A stretch of 54,349 bases of DNA, counting the filler, from Basidioascus undulatus (taxonomy: Eukaryota), in assembly GCA_000826855.1 (NCBI GenBank). It is 3 parts of 3 records of this genome, joined end to end, with 100 filler letters (N's around TTAATTAATTAA, not from the genome) between each part and the next. Parts side by side here need not be neighbours in the genome. Positions count along the whole stretch, not along the records: positions 36,314 to 54,349 come from JTLS01000492.1; 2 more parts are not named here. The stretch is one strand, 5' to 3'. The notes beneath the pieces are model-generated. The model worked only from the letters and a program-made list of their open reading frames with translations, was not told the DNA's origin and ran no database searches. How positions within the stretch are numbered: the stretch's first letter is position 1; each line of letters opens with the position of its first letter. Made by a program: the position numbers and the translations under genes. Shown piece by piece: positions 39,386 to 51,571 of this stretch.

Positions 39386-40151
39386 ATGGTTCTGCCGCGC
39401 CTCTTCCCCGAGGTCTACGCGCTCATCATCACCGAAGCCGGCGCGCTCTCGCACCCGCTCGCGTACACCCGGGACTTCGCCACCCTGGCTTCCCTCTGTC
39501 TCGTATCTCACTCCTTCAACGCGCTCGCGACGCATCTGCTCTATTCGTCCGTCACGCTTTCGAGCTGTACGCAGATACCTAAGCTCATCAACACCGCGGA
39601 AACGAACCGGCAGCTACTCGCTCTTACTCGTTCCTGTCAAGCCACCCCCTTGCTCTTCGCGAACAGGAAATTCTTTTCTCGAAGATGCACAATCTGCGGC
39701 GGCTTCCACGATCTATATACAGCCGAGCAGATTAAGGGAGTTTTACCTGCCGCACAGGTGCCTCCCCCAGATGTCCGCATCTCTTTCAGGAACAATTGAG
39801 CGCCTGGCGCTGTATCATATCTTTATTGAGTTCCAGCAGAAAGTCGAAAGTCTCCTGATGATGCCTTGCCTAACCCATGTCGCCGTTCTGGCCGGTTACG
39901 CGCTTCAAGACCAGGAGCAATACCTGAGCGGCCTTACTCAGATCCTCACTGACACGCCTGCGCTGCGCAAGCTGATTCTTGGGTGCAATGTCTACTTCAT
40001 GCTCGAAGGCGACGACGTGGAGGGATTCTCGGACAGTTTGACAAATGCATTGCTCGCCGCTTTACGGGCCAAGGTAGTCGTCATAGAGTGGACCCAGCAA
40101 ATTTTTAGGGATCGCAAAGTTGATGGCACACTTTGGGAGCTGGAGGAGTAG
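39386..40151 (+). pseudogene. F-box/LRR-like hypothetical gene, intronless, frameshifted
   Basis: MVLPRLFPEVYALII..TLASLCLVSHSFNALATHLLYSSVTL; LRR-like MHNLRRL, MPCLTHVAV and TPALRKLIL lie in shifted frames. Confidence 0.55.
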
Positions 40152-43100
40152 GTAGACGCGAAGGTCCCTTCAATCAATTGACAGATTTCCGCTGCTTGTT
40201 TCCTTTGAATAGTAGTCACAGTGGAAGCATACCAAGCTTGGCTTTTCTAAGACGTCGTGGAACTGCGAACAGTGGCTGTACTGCACCTTCCGCCCAATAA
40301 CGCTTGTCTCTTGTATATCTCCCAAACATCGCCAAGCAGATGTCTCAGTCCGTGGAGCAAATTGTGAACGCACGCTGCAGAAACTGTGAAGAGCCACAGC
40401 GCTCCCCGGCACCCTACTTCCATCGGCAAAGGATTACCACGGGAGAGAGAAATTTATAATCGTTCTTAAGTAAGTTCAATCCAAGGTTCCTAACAGGCCG
40501 TCCTTCTCCGATTCAGCAGAACGGGTTCTGCCTGCAGTCCAACTCGGGGATTACGCTTGAGTCTTCGAAACTTCGTATTAAACCTTTTTGTGTCGAGCTT
40601 ATGTGCCTGAAGTACTCTAACATCTGATTCAAATCCCTGAGCTTCACACACTCATACTCCATGGGAGGGACGGACAGCTACCAGCCGACGATCGGCGCAT
40701 GACCCACCGCAGCTCTCCGGAGGTATATGCAGCCCAAATTGGAAACGGAAATCAAGTGCATCCTACGGTAAGCGTCAGTGGACCTCTCCCCAAGAGACAG
40801 GTCTTGTTCAACATGGATTGCAATGTTGAGAGTCGTTCACTGTGTATCGCCCCCGCAAATGCCCAGTTTCTAATGTCTGTACGTCACGAAGACGCCAGAA
40901 GTACTAATATAGATGTTTTCAAGCTCCAAATTCTTGGTAGTTGATGGAAGGTGGATCAAGCATCTCTCAACCTGGCCTGGGGCGTACTGCCAAATCTCAC
41001 AGAGCTCTGAAACTCGTGCTCTCGCACAGCCGCCTATAATCCACTCTATCGAAGTGTCACAAAAAAGTCGGTAATTCATATAGCTTGAAAACCCAGTAGA
41101 CAGTCTAAAATAGCAGGCCAAACTACGATGAGAGGACAAGAAGATGCAATGCCGAGTCACATCCCCGCCAGCTCCTTCGCCGCCTTCTTCAGCTCCTTCA
41201 GTCTTCTTCCTCGCCCCCGCCACCACCCTCCCGAGCCTCGAAGACATTACTTGTTCACCCTAACAGAGCCCGAGGACCGGATCGCCTCCTCAAGACGGAT
41301 CGCCTCCTCAAGCGACTTCTACGTCTCGCCGAGACCCTTCGATCCGAGCAGGACGGCCGCGTTCGCCGTCACAGTCTCCTTCACCCAAACCGCGACCGTC
41401 CCCGCCATGCACTTGTCGCGCTGTCCAAGCTCACACGCGTGGACAAACTTGGGTACGTGCGCCATGGAAGCGCCCGAACGTGGCGAGCCTGGCGGCGCGG
41501 CGTGGGCGAGGCGGTACGCGCGCTCCTAGCCGAGGTCGGCGCGCTCGACATCGGTGAGGTCGGGAACCACACCCGGGTGCGAGAGGAGGGACTGGAAGTT
41601 GTTCAGCTCTTGTTTGGACGGGGAGACGCTCGCCGCCGTGTCCGGCCTGGAGGAGGACGGGGGGCTGCGGGCTGCGGGCAGACAGAAGCGGAAGGCGTAG
41701 CTGGAGGGGGAGCGGAGTTTGGCGCAGCTGCTGTTGGCTCTCCCGCAGCTAGAACAAGCATTATTCAGGAAGGTTCTGAACAGGCGATTGGAGGTATTGT
41801 ACCCGGTACTCACCTTGCAGGGTTGCGTCAATCCATTTTACATGCTTGGAAAGCCCCACTTTTCTGCTGTGGCCCGAAGACTGCGGAGAGCAGCAGTTCT
41901 TCGGAAGAGGTGCGCTGGGGTCCGCATGCTGTTAGCTCCGGACAAGAGTGTGTATTATATGCCCCAACTGACTCTTCGAGGACGGAAAGCAGCTTAGCTG
42001 CCCCAGCCCCCTTCGCTTTGCTGCCTAGACGTACCGGCGCGTGCCTGGTTGTCCCTCGGAGAAGTGGCGTGTTGGGGTTGGCGTATTTCTTGCACCTCCG
42101 AGAGATGTATGTGTCTGGAGCGAAAACGGTGCGCCTGTCCAGGAGGAAGGAGTCCGAGTCGGAAAGGCTGCAAATTTGAAGCGACACAACGACCGTTATA
42201 CGAGATGGATACCTAAGCAATAAAAAGGGATTCCATTCCTGGACGTACTTGAAAATAGAGCTTCCCAGTGGGGTTTTCTTCTCTTGAGTGCTGTGGAACC
42301 ACCCACATCCCGATTAGTCCCTGTCCTGCTGTCGCCTCCACCCAACCGGGACATCCAGACTGATAGCGACTCACACGATCGCTCGGGCCCGGCACCGTAC
42401 CACGCTCAGTAACCTCTGAACTCGAAGCCCTCCGTCTCTTCTCCCTGGGAGTACTGGTGGCTTCGGGGATGCCGGACGTGCTATGACGGACGCGCTTGGA
42501 CGTCCACGCCTTCACGATGACGACCGACTCGACAAGCCGGCAGAGAGCCAGACGAGTAGATGTGCGTGCGCCGCACCTAAATGCACCGCTTACAATGCCG
42601 GGACTGACTGCTTCCTCATTCTTTGAAGGGAATGGAACGCTACCGAGTTCGGCCAGTACTTCTTTTCGGGAGGGCGATGGAGGAGATAAAGAGATGCGAT
42701 GTGTACATATTGCTTACGCGTGGATCCGCAGGCACGGCGGTGAGAGTTAAGCGCAAAGAGTCGTAGCCAGTCAAACTTTGTGCACTATGTGAAAGTATGC
42801 AAGGGAGAAAAACCTGAGGCTGACTACGTGAAAGCTGCAGCCCACCATTCCTCCAATGGGACCGGGAGACTGCGGCACCAGTGCAGAGCCCGACTGCACG
42901 ACAGTTAGTACTGTGAGTTACCTCCCGGGGTCGTTACTTTCATAAGCATCCATCCGATATTTGAGTATTGTTTCAATTAGCCTCGAATACATAAAGTCTT
43001 TAGGAGATTTATGCATTCTCGGCGTTCCGTCCCAGGTGGGCAGGCTTCCTACTTATCCGTCCGAGAACTACCCAAGCAAGACCAAGAACAGGTTCCATGT

Positions 43101-44916
43101 TGGTTCGTATAACTTAAAAAAATAAATACAGATACCTCAATTTTTGCCTTCATCACTTCACCTCTCCGCCAAAGTGCATCTCAGCCACCCAACTTCAAGA
43201 AGGACGCCTACCATCTTGCGGACGAGCCTATACGAGCATACAGAACCCAAAGTCCACCTTTGTTTACCCTATGCATTGATAATGGGCCCATAGAGCCGCA
43301 TCATTAACAGATCAGTGGAGGAAAAGGCGGCAAGACGCCCCGGTCGAGGCCTGGACGCAAAACATGCAAGCCAGACGTAAGTGCCGATGTTCGACCCCCA
43401 TACTTCCTGGAAAGCGACTGGAGGTTTTAAATGTTTGGTGGATTGTGAAAACGCGCGGGACGAGGCTTGGGTCCAGCGGAGTAGAGTCCATGGGCGACAG
43501 TCAAGGAACCGGGACTTTGTGAACGGTCCACGGTCGACTTCCCGACTCCAGTTAGTTCTCGGTCAAATACAATGCGGTGAGATCGGCGCATTAGACTCAT
43601 ACTTGGGAGCGAAATCGTCAGGAGACACTTTACACGGCCTGGCGTATCATGTTGATAGCCAGCAAGCAATGGTCGGAGACGGTTGGCCACTCAGGCTGGC
43701 GCATTGGGTGTCTTGACTCTTGGGTGACGCCAGGTTCTGACGGGCTCATCGCGTTCTGTTCGTGCATGAAGCGCGCGGAGGTGAAAAACGCTAAGAAGGA
43801 GTGGACTGAGCGCTTTGCCGTGATATTGGTGGCAATCTTACATAGGGGAGTGTTGCGAGGACGAGGACTTTCCGCCTCCGCAGGGTTTTATAGAATCGCC
43901 TCGGATGTCTTCACCCCCGTTAGAGCCCAAACCCGGAGAGAAGAAAGTAAGAATACGGAAGAAGGATGTCCTGTCGGTTAAATGGGCAGTACCGAGCACC
44001 ACAGTCCTGGGCAGTCGAGACGAGGCGGACGCGTTTCACACTGAGTTTTTTTGCGACCTTGCCTACCTGATCGTGGGCCGGGGACGCCGAGAGTAACGGT
44101 AAGGTTGATGTTTTGGAAACGCAGCTGAGCTGAGCCGGGCTCTACCTAGGCGGGTTTTCTAGATTATAATGATTGCTTAAAGAGAAGGGAGACAAAGCGA
44201 GAATGACTGACTGGTCAGTCCGCTGCGTCGAGTTGCGTCTGCGCAGCGAGCAGAGCACAGGCACAGCCGGCCGCTAATGCCCAAAATGGCCCTCATTCCC
44301 ATCTTTTCCTTGCACATATTTCCGCAATTTTCGTTCATTTCCCACCCTTTCAGTCAATGTTGCGCACATGGCTTTCCGCCCGTGACGCAACGGGCCGACT
44401 GCGCGGCCCCTCGTTTGGTCTTCTCTTTGTCCAGACTCGGCACCTGCCAACCCCCGTTCCTTTCTTGCCGTTGTCTCTGTCCCCTCCCTTCTTCGTTTCT
44501 TCCATCATCGTCAACACCAATATCACCGACTTCAACATCTCTCTGGACTTGTACATCGCGACCCCCGCCGCCCCCCACACGATAGACGCGCGACCGAGTT
44601 GGTTCAATTGCGGACGCGTTATTTCTCCGACTGCGTCCTGCCCCTGTCTGCACCGCCACGGTGCTCGACACGTCCAGAGCTGGCTCTCGACGATTTCTGC
44701 ATTTGGACTTTCATCAGCCCATCAACATCCACCGACGCCGAGACTGTACGCCCATCACGATCCTCATGCCTCTCCCATTCGAGCAGCCTGACGCCCTCTC
44801 CTCTGCAGCCGCACCCTCGACACCCTCCCCCCTTCCGCTTCAGCAACCCCTGCCCCCTCTCTCCTCTCTCTCTCTCTCTCATCTGATACCGCTCCCCCGC
44901 GCTCGTTTGGTGCACG

Positions 44917-47900
44917 ATGGGCATATCATGGTCCGATATCAAGAAGATGGGCGAGGATGCCCTCAACGTGCGTCGCCGTCCTTGCACGCGCTACCCACCC
45001 CGGTCCCTGTTCCTGGCGCTAGCGGCCACGCAGGCCAACTGACTCCCGGCCCTTCCTGCCTTCTTCGCTTCCCTCTCTTCCTCGCACACAGAAATACAAC
45101 GTCAGTAAAGTGGCCGACGCGCGATCAGTATGGCTCCAGGTCGCGGCCATGTCCGCCGTGTCGGTGCGTCCGGTTTCCCTGCTCGAGAAGGTGGAGCGGG
45201 GCAGGGTACTCATGAATGCGCGGGGAATGAGCGCAGCTGGCGACTATCATCGTGTTCTCCATCCTCCGGCCGCGCAACAAGGTCGTCTACGCGCCCAAGA
45301 TCAAGCAGCGCGTCAAAGGCGCAGAGGACATCCAGCCACTCGACGACGGCATCTTCTCCTGGGTCAAGCCCCTCTTCCAGTACAAGGAGAAGGATTTGGT
45401 GCCCAAGATCGGTGGGTGCCCCTTCCCTCCTCCCTCTCCTCTTTCGCCCTCCCCTTCCCTCCCCCCTCTTCCCCGTCCCGCAGAGGCCCGAATAGAAGAA
45501 GGAGACTGATGAGGAAGGGGTTGGGGACAGGCCTCGACGCGGTGACCTACCTCCGCTTCCTGCGCATGCTGCGCAACGGCTTTGCGCTCACGGTCATCCT
45601 CACCTGCGGCATCCTCCTTCCCGTCAACTACGTCTACAACAACAAGCACGTCGACGGCCATGACAAGTCGTGGCTCACCGCGACGACGATGCAGAACGTC
45701 TACGACAGGAAGTGGCTCTGGCCCCACGTGGCTGTGAGCTACTGCATCAGTGCGTGCGACGCTTTTGGCGCGGACGGATTGAACGCGGCGTAGGGAGTGG
45801 GGGCTGATGATGCGCGGTGTGTCGCACGCGACAGACATGATCTTCATGGTCCTCATCTGGTTCAACTACCGGGCCGTACGTGCTCCCCTCCCCCTCCCTC
45901 TTCCGCTTCCGCCCCACACATCTCACCCTCCCCCGCACTCACAGATGGTCCGCCTCCGCTGGGACTGGTTCCGTTCCGAGGAGTACCAATCCTCTCTCTA
46001 TGCTCGCACGCTCATGGTCTGTCTCCCCCTCCCCCCCAAAATCCTCTCCCCCTTCCCCTACTCACCCTCCTCCGACAGATCACCTCCGTCCCCCGCAAAC
46101 TAATGTCCGACTCAGGGCTCCTCTCAATACTCAAGCCCGACCCCGAATCCAAGCAAAAGTTCGCGATCCCGTACGACCTGACCTCGGCGCACATCGGCCG
46201 GCGTGTGGGGCACCTGCCCTTGCTGGTGGAGAAGCACAACGACGCGGTGCGCCGGCTCGAGCAGGTGCTGGTTAGCTATTTCAAGAAGGGGACGCTGGAG
46301 GGGCGGAAGAGGCCGACGAAGACCGTGGGTGGGTTTCTGGGCATGGGAGGGGAGAAGGTGGATGCTATCAAGTATTACTCGTGAGTGCTGGGTCCCGTTT
46401 CTTTTTTCGGCTGCGGGAACGGACTGATCGGTTTATGGTGGTGGGGGCAGCGAGAAGATCCGCCGCTTCGAGTCAGAGATCGAAGCGTGGCGGGCCGAGA
46501 TCGACTCGAAGAAGCCGGAAAAGTACGGCTTTGCGACCCTCGCCGCCGTGCCGTTCGCGCACGTCGTTGCGAGCAAGCTAGAGAGCAAGCACCCGAGAGG
46601 AACGACCATCACGCTGGCGCCGAATCCGAAGGATCTGATCTTCGAGGTGCGTGTTTGTTTCCTCCCTTCCGTCCCACCTCCCTGCCTCCCTTTCTCCTTC
46701 CCACCCTCTTTGCGCCTTCCTCCCTCTTTTCCCTTCCTCCCTCTTTCCCTTTCTCCCTCCCTTCCTCCATCGCTCGCTCCCTCGTTCTCTTGCTTTCCTG
46801 GTGTTTGAGTGGTACTTGGTCGATGGGCCGGTGGGCGGCCGGTGGGCTGACGAAGATGAGGGGGGAATAAAGAACTTGCATGACACCCCCTCGGCCGCGC
46901 AGAAGGCGACGGGGTGGGCGCTCCTCGCTGCTGTTTGCGTGCGTGGTCGTTGTCTTTTCTCGTGCTTGATGGTGCAGGCTAACCTGGGCTGAGGTGATAC
47001 GCGGCGGAGCAGTTCCTGAACACGATCCCGCTCCTGGTCATCTCCTTCCTTGCCAACCTCTCCTATGCGACGGCATACTCGACCTCGCTGGAGAACTGGC
47101 AGGATTCCTCGCCGTGGTCGTTCTCCGCCGTGGCCGGTGCGTCTGCGCGTCCTTCCGTTTCTCCTTCGTCCTTCTATTCCCTTCCCCTTCTTTTCGGCCT
47201 TCCCTCCTCCTTCCCTTTCACCATTTCCTTCCCTCTACTCGTACCTCAGAAGCGACTCACAAATGGAACGGACATGTTAGGTATTCTCCCCCCCGTCGTC
47301 GCCGCCCTCTTTGGCTGGCTCCTCCCGCACATCATGCGCAGGCTGTCGCAGTACCAGGGCGCCGTAACGCAGTCGCGCCTCGACCGCGCCGTCGTCGCCC
47401 GCTTCTTTGCGTTCCTCATCATCTCCCAGCTCTTCATCTTCACCCTTCTCGGAACGGTATTCAGTGCGTCCCTTCCCCCTCCCCTCCCCTCCCCCTCATT
47501 CTTTCCCTGAGCGTGTGGGGATGTGCGGCGATCAGACTTGGTTTCCGACGTTGTGCGGATGTACAGCGGCAAGGCGGAGGGCTTCCAGGGCGTTTGGGAC
47601 GCCGTGGAGAGTGAGTTGGTTTTGGGTCACGACACGAGGGCAAGGGCCAGGCTGAGCCGATTGGGACGGACAGAAATCGCCATCAAGATCAGGGACGCGT
47701 ACGTCTCGCAGGGGTCCTACTGGCTCAAGTGGTTCCCGATGGTGTGTTCCGTCGCCCTCTCTCGGTCTCCCGCTCTCCAGATGGGCTGATACTCGCGTGC
47801 GAACAGCGCGGCTTCCTCGCGTTCTTTGACCTCGCGCAACTGCTTAACCTGTTCATTGTTTGGATCAAGACTCAGTGCGTGTTTCTTCAGTATGGAGTGG

Positions 47901-49759
47901 AGACGCGAGCAGCGCTTATGCGAGCTTGGTCTCGCTCGCTCGTAGCCTGTTCGGTCGGACCCCGCGGGATATCAAGGAGTGGACGTACCCGCCTGACTTC
48001 GAGTATGGTCAGTTGATCTTTGCGCTTCCTTTTCTCTGGCGGTGCAGAAGTCCTGACCAACTGGAGCTGGGCGTCAACAGCTATCTACTATTCGAACATG
48101 CTCTTCAGTACGTATACCGGCGGTTCTCCTGCAACAGTTCCACCTTCTGACTGATCTGTGCGTGCCTTTCAGCTGCCACCGTCGGCCTCGTCTACGCGCC
48201 CATCGCTCCGCTCGTCTCCGCCGCCGCCCTCGCCGTATTCGCGATCTTCGGGTGCGTCTGCCCACCTTCCCGAATCATCGACCGTCGTTGGGAACGTTGC
48301 TGACGCTGATGGACGACGATGATGCAGTGTCGTCTACAAGTATCAGCTCATGTTCGTCTTCGTGACGCAGGTCGAGTCGGGCGGTCGCGTGTGGAACATG
48401 GTGCGCTCGCTTCATGCCGGAAGAGCGTGTGCGCGGAGATGCTGATATACCGTAAACAGATCGTCAACCGCCTGCTGTTCTCGCTCATTGCGATGCAGGC
48501 CATCATGATCCTTTGTACGTTTTGACCGCAGTTTACGGGGACAGTTCGTAACGAAAGCTGATGCCGTGGGATCGTTCAGCCATGGGCCTCGCTTCGGGCT
48601 GGTACTACGCGATTGCGGCCATCCCGCCGATTTTGTGAGTCTTATTGTGCGCCGTTCGAAGACAGCGGCTTATGCAGCGCCGGCACTGTCGCAGTGTCGT
48701 CCTCATCTTCAAACTGGTCCTCACGCGCAAGTTCGACAAGGTCTTCCGCTACTACCTTCCCACCGAGGAGGAGATGGCCGGCAGCAAGATCCACAGCGAG
48801 AAGAGCGACGTCAAGCGGAACCGCCTCGAGAAGCGCTTCGGCCACCCGGCGCTGCACGCTGAGCTGGTGAGTCGAGATTGGTCGATTGTGGCTTTGATGG
48901 CATGGCTGCTGACGTTCGCGAGGGGCATTGCAGTTCTCGATCCAGATCCACCAGAAGGACGAACACCTCCTCGCCCAGGTCTTGCCCGGTCGCGCGCATA
49001 GGCACAGCGTCGGCGGCAAGGAGGACATCCACATGGGTGGTCTCAAGGTGCATGGTCTCCCAATATCCTGACATTGAAGGAGGTGCTGAGTATGTTCGCT
49101 GTCTGCAGTTCGAGGCGGTCACAGAGCAGGAGCTCGAGGAGGCGCAGGTTGAGCGCGACCGGGGCGAGCAGGATTGGGACGCACGTTCGCTCGCCTCGAC
49201 GACGCTCGAGGGTCTCGACCGGGGCGCGACGCCCGCGCCGTCCATCTCGGGCATGCTCAAGCAGCAGTACCTCGCGCACGGCCCGGGCTACGCGCCAGCG
49301 CCGATGGCCAGCCGGGAGGACATCGAGCTCTCGAGCATGGACTCGTACAGCTCCGCGGCGGACCGCCCGCTCGTCGCCAACGCTGCCGCGCCGTCCGGCT
49401 TCGGCGCGCAACGCCCGCCGTTCGCGCGCAACTACACGTCCGCAAGCGACCTCGAGATCGAGCCCCTCACGGCCGGCGGGCGGACATCCCCGCCCGAGCA
49501 GCCGTACGACGCGCCCCCTCCTGGCCGGTTCACCCCGTCCGAGGGCCGCGGGAGCCCCGCGCCCGCGTACTCGAGCCCCCCGCAACGGTACGGAGCTATG
49601 AGCCCCGAGCAGCGCTTCGGCACCCCGCCCTTGAGGTACGGCTCCACGAGCCCCGAGCAGCAGTGGAACACCGCGCATGGGCGCGCGCCGAGCTACACCT
49701 CTCAACCCCAGCGGGGTTACACCCCGCCCGATGGCACACGGAGGGGCGACGGGTGGTAG
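44917..49759 (+). CDS. CSC1/OSCA/TMEM63 (Phm7/Rsn1, DUF221) osmosensitive Ca2+-permeable channel
   Basis: FSILRPRNKVVYAPK, IG|LDAVTYLRFLRM, YARTLM, KVDAIKYY, YGFAT, LAPNPKDLI, FAFLIISQLFIF, GFLAFFDLAQL, VYKYQLMFVFVTQVESGGRVW; Pro-rich tail ending at 49759. Confidence 0.93.
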
Positions 49760-50622
49760 TTGATTGCGCCTTTACTGTCTCACCCTCGCTTCCCCCTCGC
49801 CTTTTTCTTTGTCTGTCTCTTGTGCTCGGGACGCAACGCAGGTCGTCTGCCTGCCGCTTATCTATATGGGTTCGTTCGCATCGCACATTTGTTTCTCTCT
49901 CCTTTGATTTCAGGGACACTTCGTCATAGAGTCGCCCTTTCTTGCCATCGTCACCTGTCGTTGTTTTTTCGTCTTTGTCATCTGCTCGCACGCCCTTCAC
50001 CGCACATACTGCACACACATTCGCTTGTAGCATCCCGTTGCCATCATACAAAACACGTCTGACGTTACGGATAGAGCTTCGTTGCATTTGCCTGCGGTGC
50101 TTGGTCGCATCGTGTGTCCCGCCTGGTTTGACAAGGATGCGTTTTGTCAGTCGCCATACGCCCTAAGAAAATCTAAGCGTCCCTCCTGCTCATACTTCAA
50201 CGCTGGCAGCGACCGCCCGCTAAACGATGCGTGCAATGGAGGTATCAGATACCACGCTGCAGAAGGCGCCCGAGCACAGAAGAGCCATTGCTTCCCATAC
50301 AGCGTCAGGACAGGTTACAACCTAAATAATGAGGCACGACAGTTCCTCGCCCTGTTGAATGCCCTTCCTCCGGAAACCTTGAATTTGATAAACACGAGAT
50401 CCTATCCCTGTGTGGAATACTCGGAAACATGCACTAAGCGGCGACCCACCGTCGAGGCTTTCTGACGGACGTTCCCCTCCATCAAGGACAGGACCCAACG
50501 CAAACCATAATACAAGCCGGCATTTACAATGCCTTTCAATCTCGGAGACTCCTACAAAACAGAAAGGAATTATTCAGAAATTGTCCACGTGAAGTTAAAC
50601 AAAATTTTATTTTAGAGACCCA

Positions 50623-50694
50623 GCAGCAGTAACTTAGTGGTAGAGTGTCAGATTGCAAATCTGGAAGTCCCCGGTTCGATCCCGGGCTGCTGCT
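50623..50694 (+). tRNA. tRNA-Cys (GCA), intronless
   Basis: Cloverleaf: GCAGCAG/CTGCTGC acceptor stem, ACTT/GAGT D stem, TCAGA-TTGCAAA-TCTGG anticodon arm, CCCGG-TTCGATC-CCGGG T arm, U73 discriminator, T-run terminator. Confidence 0.95.
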
Positions 50695-51187
50695 TTTTGG
50701 CCTTCCGTTTCCCCACAACAAGACGCTACAGTTCATCTCCATCCTTGTTTGCACTCGCAACCCCCCCCTTTGTTTCCCCTCTAAATACACTTTTCTAAGT
50801 TCATGCGACTCCCATGTACTGGGACACTCGACCAGCTTAGCTTGACACGAACGCCCGTGTCGGCGGTGCACCCCATCACTGAACTCGTCCGGTCGGAAGC
50901 ATACATGCAAAATACGTCATGTCTTGCGGGTTCGAAGGCGGTTCTAGATTGTAATGGTTTTTAATCTGGCCATGTTGCTGACCAGGGTAACCTGGACCAA
51001 GGTGTCGACCGTCTCTGATCAGAGCGCGGCGGCGTTCGCATAGGTTGGCTACGCCCAGGTTCCGACCGCCTTGATTCGCAGCTGTGTTGCCTCCTGCATA
51101 TTATTCTTCTCCATGCTTTCTTCCTATGACTCTCGTCACGTACTGTATGTCCAAGTGCCTCCTGAACCTTCTCTGAAGCCAGTTTTG

Positions 51188-51529
51188 GACTGCACAGTCG
51201 TCGTCATCTTACCGTAGCACTGCGTTCGTCAGCTTAATGTCGCCGTGGAGGACGCTGTTGGCATGGAGGTGGCAGAGAGCGTCTAGGATCATGACTGCCC
51301 ACAGGTGAGGCTTGCCATTCCCTGCCTCCAGAACTTCCCAGGGAGTGTACCTGTACCTCCTCATCCTACAGCCTCCCTTGACGCGCCCCACCACCTCGAC
51401 GATGTGCGGGTGGGGAGGTAGGGAAGCTAGGAACTTGAACTCCCTCGATGCGTACAGCGCTTTCTTGTCCACGTACTCCTCCTGGAAGTCCAGCCTAGCC
51501 ACTATACCCAGCAGCTCAAGTATACGCAT
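51188..51529 (-). pseudogene. Minimal intronless protein kinase, interrupted after the catalytic loop
   Basis: MRILELLG..YVDKK..REFKFL..HPHIVEV..ALCHLHANSVLHGDIKLTNAVLR* then DDDDCAV in frame; no DFG or C-lobe. Confidence 0.8.
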
Positions 51530-51571
51530 AGTACGGGCAAAACTGGAGTTGACGGCGTCACACCAAACGTG

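Noticed and set aside
42200..44300. Short ORFs and a minus-strand TATA-like motif in the long intergenic region
   Set aside because: Multiple stops and no recognisable family or splice structure.
50920..50945. GGGTTCGAAGGC B-box-like motif as a third tRNA or att remnant
   Set aside because: No T-stem pairing or cloverleaf.
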